This document shows, piece after piece, positions 10,902-20,893 of a stretch of 64,000 bases of DNA. The stretch's first letter is position 1; the number at the start of each line of letters is the position of its first letter. Under the pieces are notes generated by a model that was not told the origin of the DNA, did not search any database, and saw only the letters and a program-made list of their open reading frames with translations. A program made the position numbers and the translations under genes. Source of the stretch: Candidatus Bathyarchaeota archaeon (GTDB taxonomy: Archaea > Thermoproteota > Bathyarchaeia > Bathyarchaeales > Bathycorpusculaceae); the NCBI GenBank assembly GCA_963733095.1, contig CAVTBV010000013.1, positions 32,001 through 96,000 on the forward strand, written 5' to 3'.

Positions 10902-11366
10902 ATGAGTGACATGGAGCTTAGGGTTTCCAAAATCAAAGACGGAACAGTCATCGACCACATCCGCGGTGGATACGCGTTAGATGTGGTGAAAATCCTAGGC
11001 ATAACTGGAAAAGAAAAAAGAGTAATGACCATCACAATCAACGTTCCCAGCAAACGTTTCGGCGCTAAAGATATTGTTAAGATAGAGGGAAAAGCGCTCA
11101 ACTCGCAGGAAGTTAACAGGATTGCTCTAGTTGCTCCGCATGCGTCAATAAACATAGTTCGAAACTATGCGGTAGTTGAAAAATTGGAGGTAAAACTGCC
11201 TAAAGTCATTGAAAGCATCGTTAAATGCGCAAACCCCTGCTGTATAAGCAACGCCGACGAACCGGTAGTCTCCAAATTCTATGTTATAACAGAGGAACCG
11301 TTACTGCTGAAATGCCACTATTGCGGAGTCACACTGGAGCAAGCAGATGTTCTAAGGCAACTCTAA
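10902..11366 (+). CDS. pyrI: Aspartate carbamoyltransferase regulatory chain
   Basis: IKDGTVIDHI, KDIVKIE, C.NP.CISN..EPV, LKCHYC. Confidence 0.95.
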   Translation: MSDMELRVSKIKDGTVIDHIRGGYALDVVKILGITGKEKRVMTITINVPSKRFGAKDIVKIEGKALNSQEVNRIALVAPHASINIVRNYAVVEKLEVKLPKVIESIVKCANPCCISNADEPVVSKFYVITEEPLLLKCHYCGVTLEQADVLRQL

Positions 11367-11788
11367 GGTAACCTTTCCTGAGCCAGCAAAAACAGCGCTT
11401 CAAAATCCTTTCTAGCCACCGTTCTTCCTTTACCAATTCCGGGGCACTCAACTGTAAAATCGAAAACATGATGGTTTTTGTCTGAGTCAAATTTTAATTC
11501 AAATGGATAAAACCTGCAGATTAAGGGTCTAAACTTGTAGATGCTGCATTGGTTGTCTTTTAAAAAGAAGCATTTGCCTTCACCGCTCTTTTTCATCTCA
11601 TAGCAATATGGGTTTTTGTCAGTGATTCGTTTGGTGAAGACTTGTCTGGGCAGGGAAGTCTCTTTTTCAATCGCGTTTGCTTCTTTCTCCAAAACTAGTA
11701 TGTTCCTTGTTTTTTGTTCGGTGTCACCACAGCATAAACCGCATTTGCTGCACTCGAAAAGCACATTATTTGGGCAGGTGAAATCCAA
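11363..11788 (-). CDS. YkgJ-family cysteine cluster protein
   Basis: FECSKCGLCC, C.FL....CSIY..RPLICRFYPF, CPGIG. Confidence 0.85.
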   Translation of the reverse strand: MDFTCPNNVLFECSKCGLCCGDTEQKTRNILVLEKEANAIEKETSLPRQVFTKRITDKNPYCYEMKKSGEGKCFFLKDNQCSIYKFRPLICRFYPFELKFDSDKNHHVFDFTVECPGIGKGRTVARKDFEALFLLAQERLP

Positions 11789-11859
11789 TTTGCTTCAACA
11801 AACGATAATCAGAGTCTTGTCAAATAAAACTTTAGTTGTTACTTTCGGTTTTCTTCTGG

Positions 11860-12195
11860 CTACTTTTTTCGGTGTCCTTCACCATACTGGAAAGGCCTTC
11901 CCAAATTTTTCTCAAGCTTCTTCTTGAAAACTTCATCCATATTCATGTTTGGACAAGCTAAACGGCTTGCATCCAAAACATAAAAGATAACGTCAATTAA
12001 TTCCTCTGCAATTTTTTCCTCAGGCAAACCTTTCTTCCATGCATCACTAGCTTCGCCGAGTTCTATGAACGCAAAAAGCAGCTTCTTAGGAATATCCTCC
12101 GGCTTGTTGTAAAAACCTTTAGCTAATACTAAGGCTTCGATTTCCTTCTTCATCTCTTCCAACTGCAACTTACCTACTCTCCTTAGTTCTCTCAA
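11860..12195 (-). CDS. MazG-like nucleotide pyrophosphohydrolase (start uncertain)
   Basis: ELGEA..AW, EELIDVIFY, KKLEKN..R. Confidence 0.8.
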   Translation of the reverse strand: MRELRRVGKLQLEEMKKEIEALVLAKGFYNKPEDIPKKLLFAFIELGEASDAWKKGLPEEKIAEELIDVIFYVLDASRLACPNMNMDEVFKKKLEKNLGRPFQYGEGHRKK

Positions 12196-12534
12196 AAACT
12201 ATAATCTCTTATATAAAGCGTCGATTGTCAGTTGCGTTGTCTCTATTTGGTGGATTACTGAGGTGTTTGTTTTTATTAGTAGTTTTGGCAGAAAACTCCG
12301 AATTTAACAGCTGCAGTGGTTCATGGAAAATATTGCGTTGTCATCGCCCTAAGGAAAAGGTTGCTTTCTGGTAGCAAGTATTCACAAGCAATGTGGTTAA
12401 AACTAATGAAACTGCCAAAAGAACGCTGCAAATCCCAAAAACTTGACTCTTACTTCTGACCTTTGCAAGCGAGTTTATTTGATGTGGCTATACAATCGCT
12501 TAAAAGCCGGTTCCTTGCAAGCATATTTTGTCAG

Positions 12535-12681
12535 CTAAAACTCAGAACAACACCTAAATGTGGTTCCACAAGCTCCACATCTGAAAAGTGCTATGCAAAA
12601 AACAGGGTTCTCCAGTTTCTTCACTGGCTTATCGAGCACTTTTCCGCATTTTGGACAGTTAGCTTTATTGCATGAAATCAA
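12535..12681 (-). CDS. 48-aa Zn-ribbon protein resembling Cren7-like chromatin proteins (absent from ORF track)
   Basis: TTG start; ISCNKANCPKCGKVLDKPVKKLENPVFCIALFRCGACGTTFRCCSEF*. Confidence 0.55.
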   Translation of the reverse strand: MISCNKANCPKCGKVLDKPVKKLENPVFCIALFRCGACGTTFRCCSEF

Positions 12682-13046
12682 GAAATCAACTTCATATTAC
12701 TGGTAAATGTACTATATATGAAAACTTGTTGTCTCAAACAGGAACAACAACATTCTGTCATCTCGCTTGTAAACCTCAGAAAATAGAAAGCAAAAGCATT
12801 TTTTGTGGTTGTTTGGGTACTCCCACAAATTCTTATTTTCTATCAAATCGGTAAGTATTTGCCGAGAAAATATCTGTCGTTTGGCAGGCAAACCTACAGC
12901 CGATCAAGGCTCTGTTTGCCAGTTATGCAATATGGGGCTTAGGCTCCCAAATGTGTATATCTGGGCACCCTTTTACGGCAATTAGGTGCTTGCCAAACGG
13001 CACCTACTAAAATTAATTCTAAAACTTTTCATGGGAGAGCCCCTTA

Positions 13047-14285
13047 TTATTTTGGCTTAAGAAGGACCGTTGATAAACAGTCCTCTTGAAGATAAGTGTT
13101 GGCAGTGTCCATTATTTCCTCGGTTGAAACAGCTTTGATTTTACCGATGTAATCCACCAATGCTCTTTCGCTTTTGAATTGCCTTTCCATGTAGGCAATA
13201 ATTTCTGAGCATTCATGCGGATTGTCCATTCCTCTGAGGATTTCTGCTAAAATCAGGTTTTTGTTTCTTTCAAGTTCTTCTGTTGGCACGTCGTTTGTTC
13301 TTAGCTTGTATAATTCTTTGAGGATCAAGTCTTTAGCCTTTGACAATTTTTGGTCTTTCACTGCGCAGTTAATGCTGAAGTACCCAAAATCTGTGCCTTT
13401 GTTGTGGTCACAAGTTACGTCGTAGGTTAAAGCGTTCTTTTCCCTCAATTCAACAAAGAGTCTTGAACTAGTGCCTCCGCTGAGTAATGCACTCATCAAA
13501 TCAAGCTTGGGTGAATCTTTATGACTTGAACAAACCGTTCTCGCACCGATGGTCAAATAGGTTTGAGCTATTCCAGGTTTTTTCTCAACAACCATCGATT
13601 CAGGTTTAGCTGTCTCAACAGGAAAATTTTTCTTTGAATACGTCTCCTCAACAGTTCTGTTTTCAAAGTTCTCAAGAACCCTAACTGCCGCGTTTTCAGT
13701 TAAATTGCCCGTTAAAGTTAATATCATGTTTGGGGGAAAATAGTTGGATTTATGAGCATGGTCTAACTGGCTTAAAGTTAATTTTTTTACGGTTTCTGGA
13801 AAGCCTCCGACAGGCCGTTTTACAGGGTGATTTTTGAACAAGGTTTTTAGGAGTAATTCTTCAATTCTTTCTGTTGGATCATCTAAAGCTTCAGAGAGTT
13901 CGTTGAGGATTATTTTTCTTTCTTTTTTGAATTGTTGATCCTCAAAATCCCTGTTAAAGAGCAATTCAGAGATTATACTTGACGCTTCGATTAACTTGTC
14001 AGGTAAAATATCCATCGTGGTCATCATATGTTCGTGGTCTGTGTAAAAATCTAAAATTCCGCCTGAATCCTCGATACTTCTGGAGAGTTGTATACGATTT
14101 TCGGATCCACCCGCAAGCATGTGTTCTATGAAATGGGCAACTCCGGCGAGTTCTGCGGGTTCCTGATTTGAACCATATCCAACTGAGACAGAAAGCTGTG
14201 TAGTGTTCGCGTTTTCCCGGGGAAAGAGCAGCACTGTTAGACCATTCGGAAGGATGTTCCTGCGCCAAAACATGTCAGTAGTCAT
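13047..14285 (-). CDS. M16 (pitrilysin-like) zinc peptidase
   Basis: LPNGL, G.AHFIEHM (HxxEH), ER..IL.E, SSRLFVELREK..LTY. Confidence 0.9.
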   Translation of the reverse strand: MTTDMFWRRNILPNGLTVLLFPRENANTTQLSVSVGYGSNQEPAELAGVAHFIEHMLAGGSENRIQLSRSIEDSGGILDFYTDHEHMMTTMDILPDKLIEASSIISELLFNRDFEDQQFKKERKIILNELSEALDDPTERIEELLLKTLFKNHPVKRPVGGFPETVKKLTLSQLDHAHKSNYFPPNMILTLTGNLTENAAVRVLENFENRTVEETYSKKNFPVETAKPESMVVEKKPGIAQTYLTIGARTVCSSHKDSPKLDLMSALLSGGTSSRLFVELREKNALTYDVTCDHNKGTDFGYFSINCAVKDQKLSKAKDLILKELYKLRTNDVPTEELERNKNLILAEILRGMDNPHECSEIIAYMERQFKSERALVDYIGKIKAVSTEEIMDTANTYLQEDCLSTVLLKPK

Positions 14286-14403
14286 ATCCAAAATCAAACA
14301 AGTGCTTCTAAAAAAGATTAACAACCAAACAGCCACTTCGGGAAGGATACAGGGCAATTTTGATTGTGCTAATGCGATGCGTTTCTGATTTGGTTGACAG
14401 TGG

Positions 14404-14760
14404 TTATTGTTTTTGGTTGTGTTCGCCTTCTAAGTGGAAATGGTGCAGGAACCTGTGTATGATTGGAGCGGCAAAAATGCCGATTGCTATTAACTCAATT
14501 AATCCGCAGTACAGTGCGTATATTCCAGCGAACACTTTTCCCGCATCTGTATGCAAGGTGCCAACTGGTCCCATTCCGCCCATAAGCATAGCAGCATTTA
14601 GGAATGAGTCAACCCATGAGTAACCTTCAAACCCATGGTAACCAACCATGCCAATCACCAAAGACACAAGCACCAGACAGAGGGATATCAGTGCGTATTT
14701 GGCGAAACGTTTGAGGAATAGGCGTCTTGGCAAAAGTTTTTCGTGGTGATGCTCAAACAT
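14404..14760 (-). CDS. Small 2-TM membrane protein resembling a K+ channel pore module
   Basis: GYHGFEGYSWVDSFLNAAMLMGGMGP..T..GKVFAGIYALY; His-rich ends. Confidence 0.6.
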   Translation of the reverse strand: MFEHHHEKLLPRRLFLKRFAKYALISLCLVLVSLVIGMVGYHGFEGYSWVDSFLNAAMLMGGMGPVGTLHTDAGKVFAGIYALYCGLIELIAIGIFAAPIIHRFLHHFHLEGEHNQKQ

Positions 14761-14888
14761 TCCTGTTTACCTCTTGCTTAATCTCTAACTGTTAGTTTAC
14801 GTGTGCCTTTATACTTTTCACAAGCAAAAATCATCCTAACCAAACAAACGTTTTAATCTCCAAACGGCATTTCACAAGCTCGATTGAC

Positions 14889-15155
14889 ATGGCCCGAGTA
14901 AAATGTAAAAAATGCGGCAACGTTTTTGAACAAGGTCTTGGCGGAGCAGCCTTGGCGCCGCATATTGGTCCCCTGCACTACGTTAAATGCCCCGCTTGCG
15001 GAAAAAGAAGCTGGCTCAATGTTTACTCATCAGTCAAAGACCCCATCACCTGGCCTCCAGAAGAAGCAAAACAGCAACAGGTTGCTCCACCAGAGCTAAC
15101 CGAGGAAGAACTGGAGAAGAAGCGCATAGAAGAATCCAAGTACGAAAAACTGTGA
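14889..15155 (+). CDS. Zn-ribbon hypothetical protein
   Basis: CKKCG and CPACGK; acidic tail. Confidence 0.7.
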   Translation: MARVKCKKCGNVFEQGLGGAALAPHIGPLHYVKCPACGKRSWLNVYSSVKDPITWPPEEAKQQQVAPPELTEEELEKKRIEESKYEKL

Positions 15156-15209
15156 CATCGTTAAAAGAGATTCTCCATTTGTAAAAGTTCATGAAATGGA
15201 TGTCTTGGA

Positions 15210-15584
15210 ATGGGCCAATTACTCAGCGCATCAATCGGTGGACCATATGTCGAATTGATCCTTGTGGTCGTAGTCTTGGTTTTGGCGATAACTTTTCGGC
15301 TTTACCTGATTAAAAATCCTGGTAGAATGCGTGCGAAATGTAAAAAATGCGGAAATGTATTTGACGCTTCACGTAGCATTTCCATGTTTCATATTGGGCC
15401 TCTCAAACAATTAACGTGCCCCTCATGCGGCAAAACAAGCCTAATGAACACTTATGTGAAAGACCCCCTCACTTGGCCAACTGAAGAAAAAAGGTCGGAA
15501 CCACAAACTGACTATCAATTGACGCCAGAAGAGTTAGAGCAAAAAAGCATCGAAGAATCTAAATATGAAAAGCATAATTTATAG
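15210..15584 (+). CDS. Membrane-anchored Zn-ribbon protein, paralog of upstream ORF
   Basis: N-terminal TM plus CKKCGNVF..HIGP..CPSCGK..VKDP.TWP..IEESKYEK. Confidence 0.7.
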   Translation: MGQLLSASIGGPYVELILVVVVLVLAITFRLYLIKNPGRMRAKCKKCGNVFDASRSISMFHIGPLKQLTCPSCGKTSLMNTYVKDPLTWPTEEKRSEPQTDYQLTPEELEQKSIEESKYEKHNL

Positions 15585-15602
15585 AAAATCTGAAGGCGCC
15601 AA

Positions 15603-16535
15603 TTGATGATTGACACCCAAAACCTTACCCGAAAATTCGGCAACCTAACAGCCGTAGACAACGTTACCTTGCACGTTGAAGAAGGCGAGGTTTTTGGTTT
15701 TCTCGGTCCCAACGGAGCAGGAAAAACCACCACTGTTAGAATGCTCTGCTGCTTAATCGGCAAAACGAGCGGTGAAGCCAAAATAGGTGACTACTCTGTT
15801 GATAACGAAGATAGCTGTCTTAAAATCCGAAAAATGGTCGGTTTTCTCCCTGAAAGCGTAGGGTTATATGATAGTTTAAGCGCTTATCGGAACCTTGACT
15901 TTTACGGGGAACTCTATGAGGTTCCAGAGCAAAAACGCAAAGAAAACATCGAACATCTCCTTACTCTTCTTGGAATCTGGGAACGTCGAGAAGACGCCGC
16001 GGGCACTTTCAGCAAGGGCATGAAACAGAAACTTGCAATAGCCCGATCTTTAATTCATGACCCCAAGGTCTTGTTTTTGGATGAGCCCACGGCGAACCTT
16101 GATCCTGAAGCCGCTAAGACCGTGAGGGATTTCGTTTTGGAGCTCAAGAAAGAGAAGCGGACAATTTTCATTAACACTCACAACTTGGATGAAGCTGAAC
16201 GTCTCTGCGACCGAATTGCCATCCTGAAAACCAAGCTGGTCGCAGTTGATTCGCCAAAAAATTTGGAGCGAAGCCTCTACAATCGAAAGACGATTGTGCA
16301 TCTGGATCATGTAACAAGTGGTGTTGCGTCGGCTGTAGAAAAATTGGGTTTTGTTAAGAATTTGCGTACCAGCGACAATAAGTTGGTTCTTGATATTGAT
16401 AACCCTGAGAAAGACAACCCTGAGGTTGTAAGAGCCATCGTAGAGGCAGGCGGCAACATACAATACGTCACCGAACTGCGTTCCACACTGGAGGATGTTT
16501 ATCTTAAACTTATTCGGGAGGCTTCCGTTCAATGA
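15603..16535 (+). CDS. ABC-2 type exporter ATP-binding subunit
   Basis: GPNGAGKTT, FSKGMKQK, LFLDEPT, TH.LDEAE. Confidence 0.93.
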   Translation: MMIDTQNLTRKFGNLTAVDNVTLHVEEGEVFGFLGPNGAGKTTTVRMLCCLIGKTSGEAKIGDYSVDNEDSCLKIRKMVGFLPESVGLYDSLSAYRNLDFYGELYEVPEQKRKENIEHLLTLLGIWERREDAAGTFSKGMKQKLAIARSLIHDPKVLFLDEPTANLDPEAAKTVRDFVLELKKEKRTIFINTHNLDEAERLCDRIAILKTKLVAVDSPKNLERSLYNRKTIVHLDHVTSGVASAVEKLGFVKNLRTSDNKLVLDIDNPEKDNPEVVRAIVEAGGNIQYVTELRSTLEDVYLKLIREASVQ

Positions 16536-17293
16536 GACTTTGGAAATCATGGATAGTAACCAGAAAAGACTTGAGCGTTTTCCGAAAGAACAAGTACGTT
16601 CTCTATTCCCTCATTGCTATGCCAATCATAATTGGCGTAGTTTTGCCCATAATTTTTATATTTGCTCTAAACTCAGAAATTGGTTCTGGAACGCTTACTC
16701 ATGACCAAGTTTTGGCTGCCGTAAACCAGATTGTGAGTATAGCAACAATGTACTTTGTTCTCATTCCAGCGGTTCTCCCATCGATCATTGCATCGTACAG
16801 TTTTGTTGGAGAAAAAATCGAGAAAAGCCTCGAACCCCTGCTGGCAACCCCAACCACTGACGGCGAACTGCTGCTCGGCAAAAGCTTAGCTGCTTTTGTT
16901 CCATGCATGGTTGTAACATACGTTGGCGCCGCTATATCCGCGGTAATCGTAGATTTCTGGTCATACACAACCCCCCAAATACACGCCTTCCTAATCCCAA
17001 ATCCCTACTGGCTTCTAGTAATTGGAGTAATAGCGCCCTTGGCCTGCATAATGAGTGTTGAAGCAAACATAATAATTTCTTCCAGAGTAAACGACATACG
17101 CGCTGCCCAGCAGCTTGGAGGTTTAGTTGTTTTGCCATTGATTTTCTTAGTAATCTTCGCTTCAACTAGTGCCCAACTCTCAACGTTGTTGGCTATAGGT
17201 GTTTCAGGTGCCCTGGCAGCGGCAGACATTGCCTTGTTCTACCTCAGCAAAGCCACCTTCCAGAGAGAAGAAATACTGACTAAATGGAAATAA
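16532..17293 (+). CDS. ABC-2 type exporter permease
   Basis: SFVGEK..KSLEPLLATP....LLLGK; 6 TM; ATGA overlap with the ATPase. Confidence 0.88.
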   Translation: MRLWKSWIVTRKDLSVFRKNKYVLYSLIAMPIIIGVVLPIIFIFALNSEIGSGTLTHDQVLAAVNQIVSIATMYFVLIPAVLPSIIASYSFVGEKIEKSLEPLLATPTTDGELLLGKSLAAFVPCMVVTYVGAAISAVIVDFWSYTTPQIHAFLIPNPYWLLVIGVIAPLACIMSVEANIIISSRVNDIRAAQQLGGLVVLPLIFLVIFASTSAQLSTLLAIGVSGALAAADIALFYLSKATFQREEILTKWK

Positions 17294-17391
17294 AATGGTT
17301 TTTTCTTTAATTTTTAGGTTTTAACTCCAAGTTTTTTCGAAACCCCTTTAAGCCGAACGTATTCTATTGTACGGTTTAAGGTGGCGAGTTC

Positions 17392-20300
17392 ATGGAGAAA
17401 GCACTGCAAAATGGCGATAATCTAAACGACTCTTCAGTTGCCAAGACGCAGCCTATGCTTACCTCCGAAGACATGGTAAACCTTCCTATAGAAGAACTCA
17501 TGGGACGCTTAAACTCGTCACAGCGGGGACTTACCTCTGAGCAAGCTGTCGAACGGCTTGAAGTTTACGGCAGCAACGAACTTGCCCGAGGACACAAACA
17601 CTCAGCCGTCAAAGAGTTCCTTCTGCATTTCAAGAGCCCTCTCGTAATTATACTCTTGATTGCAGGGATTATTTCGGGTTTTTTTGGTGAAATAGCCAAT
17701 ACTGCAATTATCTTAAGCATAATTTTCATCAGCGTCATACTCGACTATTACCAAGAAAATAAAGCAGAAAAAGCTGCTCAACTGCTTAAACAAAAAGTCA
17801 CCTCGACGGCCACGGTAATTAGGGATAATATTAAACAAGAAATAAAATTCCCAGACATCGTTCCTGGAGACATAATCTATCTTTCAGCCGGCGACATTGC
17901 ACCTGCTGACTCAAGAGTAATCAGCGCCAAAGACTTGTTCGTTAACCAGTCTTCCTTAACTGGGGAGTCATTTCCCGTCGAGAAAGCTGCAAGCACCATC
18001 ACAAGCAAGGAGGGTGCAATTACCGAATGGAGCAACTTTTGTTTCATGGGCACCTCCGTGGTCAGTGGCAGTGCAACTGCGATGGTTGTTAAAACCGGTA
18101 GTGCAACCGAATACGGGAAAATCGCGAAAAAACTCATAGAGAAAGCCCCTGAAACCGAATTCGAACGCGGCATCCGAAGCTTTGGTTTCCTCATCATGCA
18201 GGTAACCTTCTTGTTGGTTATCTTTGTGTTTTTAATAATTTCTTTGCGCAACCCCACCACCGATGGGGTCGTTACAGCTCTACTGTTCGCTGTCGCGTTG
18301 GCAGTTGGGTTGACACCTGAATTGCTGCCAATGATAATAACCATTAACCTCTCCAGAGGCGCCATGGCTATGTCCAAGAAAGGCGTTATCGTGAAACGAT
18401 TATCCGCCATAGAGAACTTTGGTAGCATGAACGTTTTATGCACTGACAAAACGGGTACCCTTACAGAAAACCGCATAAAACTCATATTGAACGTGGATAT
18501 GGAAGGCGACGAAGACGAAAAAGTATTCATGTATTCATTCCTCAACAGCAACTTCCAAACGGGATTGAAAAGCCCACTTGACGAAGCAATCCTGAAACAT
18601 AAAGAAATTGACACTTCAAAGTTTCTCAAGATAGATGAAGTGCCGTTTGATTTTATTCGAAGACGCGTTTCCGTAGTTGTGGAACGTGAGGGGCAAAGAT
18701 ATTTCATAGCTAAAGGTGCCCCCGAAGAAATCCTCAAAGTCTGCTCCTACTATGAGTTACGCAGAACAGTAGCGGACCTCACTGATAAGACAAAGAGGCA
18801 AATTGAGCAAAAATACCATGGCTACAGCGCCGAAGGACTACGAGTCTTAAGTATCGCATACAAGCGAATCAAAGAAGAAAAAGGGGTCTACTCGATAAAC
18901 GATGAAACCGACATGGTGTTTCTGGGCTTTGTAGCTTTCCTTGACCCACCCAAAGAAACAGCCAAACAATCGCTTCAAATGCTGACTAAGGCAGGAATTG
19001 AACTCAAAGTTCTCACAGGCGACAACGAACTTGTTACCCGAAAAGTTTGTGAAGAGCTGGGTTTTGAGATTAAGGGTGTTGCGCTTGGTCCAGATATAGC
19101 TAATATGTCAGATGAAGCGTTGACGGCTGTAGTTGAAGAGGCAACAATTTTCTGCCGCGTTAACCCCATTCAAAAAGACCGCATAATTGCTTTGTTAAAG
19201 AGAAACGGCCACGTAGTAGGCTACATGGGCGATGGAATAAACGATGCACCCTCACTGAAAACTAGCGACGTTGGAATCTCTGTTGACAATGCTGTAGATG
19301 TGGCAAGAGAATCAGCCGACATCATTCTCTCCAAAAACGATCTGACAGTTTTGGCAGAAGGTGTTTTTGAAGGACGCAAAACCTTTGGCAACACAATGAA
19401 ATACATCATGCTTGGCGTAAGCTCCAATTTTGGCAACATGTTTAGCGTTGCAGGAGCTTCTATATTCTTGACTTTTCTGCCTATGCTTCCAGTTCAGATT
19501 CTCTTAAACAATCTTCTCTACGACGTTTCCCAATCCACAATCACAACCGACCGCGTTGACGATGAATATGTTGAGAGACCAAAACGGTGGGATATCGGCT
19601 ACATTAGACAATTCATGCTGTATATGGGCCCAGTTAGTTCACTCTTTGACTTCTTAACTTTCTTCATTATGATAGTAGCCTTCAACATCCCTCTGGTAGG
19701 TTCCACCCTTCATGATCAATCACTATTCCAGACAGCTTGGTTTATCGAATCCCTCTGCTCACAAATCCTAGTTGTATTCGTAATTAGAACGCGACGAAAA
19801 CCATTCTGGAAGAGCAAGCCAAGCAAATACTTGATAGTCAGCGCCTTAACCATTCTTGCCTTCGCCTTAATATTGCCCTTCACGCCGCTTGGCGAAATAT
19901 TTGGGTTTATTGCGCCGCCTTCCTTGTTCTTTATAATCTTAACGCTTTTGCTAGGCGCATATTTGTTGCTTGCTGAAGTTATAAAGAACTGGTTCTTCAA
20001 ACGGCATGCCTATCGCCTAGAGCAAACCTTGGTTCCGAAACGAACTTACTACGTAACCAGAACGGCAAAACTGATGCAGGACATGATTGCAACAATTAGC
20101 CTAAGGGATGAAGATGAATTCACGATCGAATCGTTAACTGAGGACTTAAACAGCGCCATAACCTACCCTGTTAACTCAAACCAGATGGCGCGCAACCTCC
20201 AGTACCTGAGACGCTCTGGCCTAATCAGTGTAGACTGGAATAAACGTATTCTAAAGCGCGAAAAATCTATGAGCGAATATGTTAAGAAAAGCATAATCGG

Positions 20301-20412
20301 AGGTCCAATGTGGCCATCCGTAAGCGAGGAATGGCGAAAAATAAACAATATACTCCTAAACAAGCACGGCACAGTTAACGCGGAGTACCAGCAGCTAATT
20401 CCAAAACAATAA
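17392..20412 (+). CDS. mgtA: Mg2+-translocating P-type ATPase with extra C-terminal domain
   Basis: TGES, TPELLP, DKTGTLT, IDEVPFDFIRRR, GDGINDAP, SSNFGNMFS, NLLYD. Confidence 0.93.
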   Translation: MEKALQNGDNLNDSSVAKTQPMLTSEDMVNLPIEELMGRLNSSQRGLTSEQAVERLEVYGSNELARGHKHSAVKEFLLHFKSPLVIILLIAGIISGFFGEIANTAIILSIIFISVILDYYQENKAEKAAQLLKQKVTSTATVIRDNIKQEIKFPDIVPGDIIYLSAGDIAPADSRVISAKDLFVNQSSLTGESFPVEKAASTITSKEGAITEWSNFCFMGTSVVSGSATAMVVKTGSATEYGKIAKKLIEKAPETEFERGIRSFGFLIMQVTFLLVIFVFLIISLRNPTTDGVVTALLFAVALAVGLTPELLPMIITINLSRGAMAMSKKGVIVKRLSAIENFGSMNVLCTDKTGTLTENRIKLILNVDMEGDEDEKVFMYSFLNSNFQTGLKSPLDEAILKHKEIDTSKFLKIDEVPFDFIRRRVSVVVEREGQRYFIAKGAPEEILKVCSYYELRRTVADLTDKTKRQIEQKYHGYSAEGLRVLSIAYKRIKEEKGVYSINDETDMVFLGFVAFLDPPKETAKQSLQMLTKAGIELKVLTGDNELVTRKVCEELGFEIKGVALGPDIANMSDEALTAVVEEATIFCRVNPIQKDRIIALLKRNGHVVGYMGDGINDAPSLKTSDVGISVDNAVDVARESADIILSKNDLTVLAEGVFEGRKTFGNTMKYIMLGVSSNFGNMFSVAGASIFLTFLPMLPVQILLNNLLYDVSQSTITTDRVDDEYVERPKRWDIGYIRQFMLYMGPVSSLFDFLTFFIMIVAFNIPLVGSTLHDQSLFQTAWFIESLCSQILVVFVIRTRRKPFWKSKPSKYLIVSALTILAFALILPFTPLGEIFGFIAPPSLFFIILTLLLGAYLLLAEVIKNWFFKRHAYRLEQTLVPKRTYYVTRTAKLMQDMIATISLRDEDEFTIESLTEDLNSAITYPVNSNQMARNLQYLRRSGLISVDWNKRILKREKSMSEYVKKSIIGGPMWPSVSEEWRKINNILLNKHGTVNAEYQQLIPKQ

Positions 20413-20557
20413 AAAAACTGTTTGTCGACTTTTCTTAAGTATTTGTTAAGTTGAAAACTGGTTTTAGTGAAGCCAAGTGAACAGATTATCTTGCGTCACA
20501 ATCTGGTAAACGTTGCAGAAAAACTGTTTTTAGTAATAAAAAATGGTGAAAAGAGGT

Positions 20558-20893
20558 TTATGCGCTAGTCGTTAGCTCTTTTAGTTGTTTTTTGGTTAAC
20601 CCCAATCCTGGCGTGGCGTCAAGTCTCTTTTTAACTTGTCCTTTGTTGAAAAGCAGAACGGTGGGGTAGTAGTCGATTTCGTATTTTTCGCATAAGTCTG
20701 GATTGTCATCTATCACGACGCTTATGCACTCCTGCGGATTGGTCTTGGCGTAGTCTTCAAAAATCGGCAGAAACCGTTGCGAGTAAGGACACCACGACGC
20801 ATAGAATAGAACGAATGCCTTCTCTTTGGAATTCCAGGAATCGTCAACGTTACTCTTTGCCTGTTTGGACTTTACTTTTTCAGCTTTGCTCAT
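20558..20893 (-). CDS. Thioredoxin-family protein (CxxS)
   Basis: FYASWCPYS, YPTVLLF..G. Confidence 0.85.
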   Translation of the reverse strand: MSKAEKVKSKQAKSNVDDSWNSKEKAFVLFYASWCPYSQRFLPIFEDYAKTNPQECISVVIDDNPDLCEKYEIDYYPTVLLFNKGQVKKRLDATPGLGLTKKQLKELTTSA

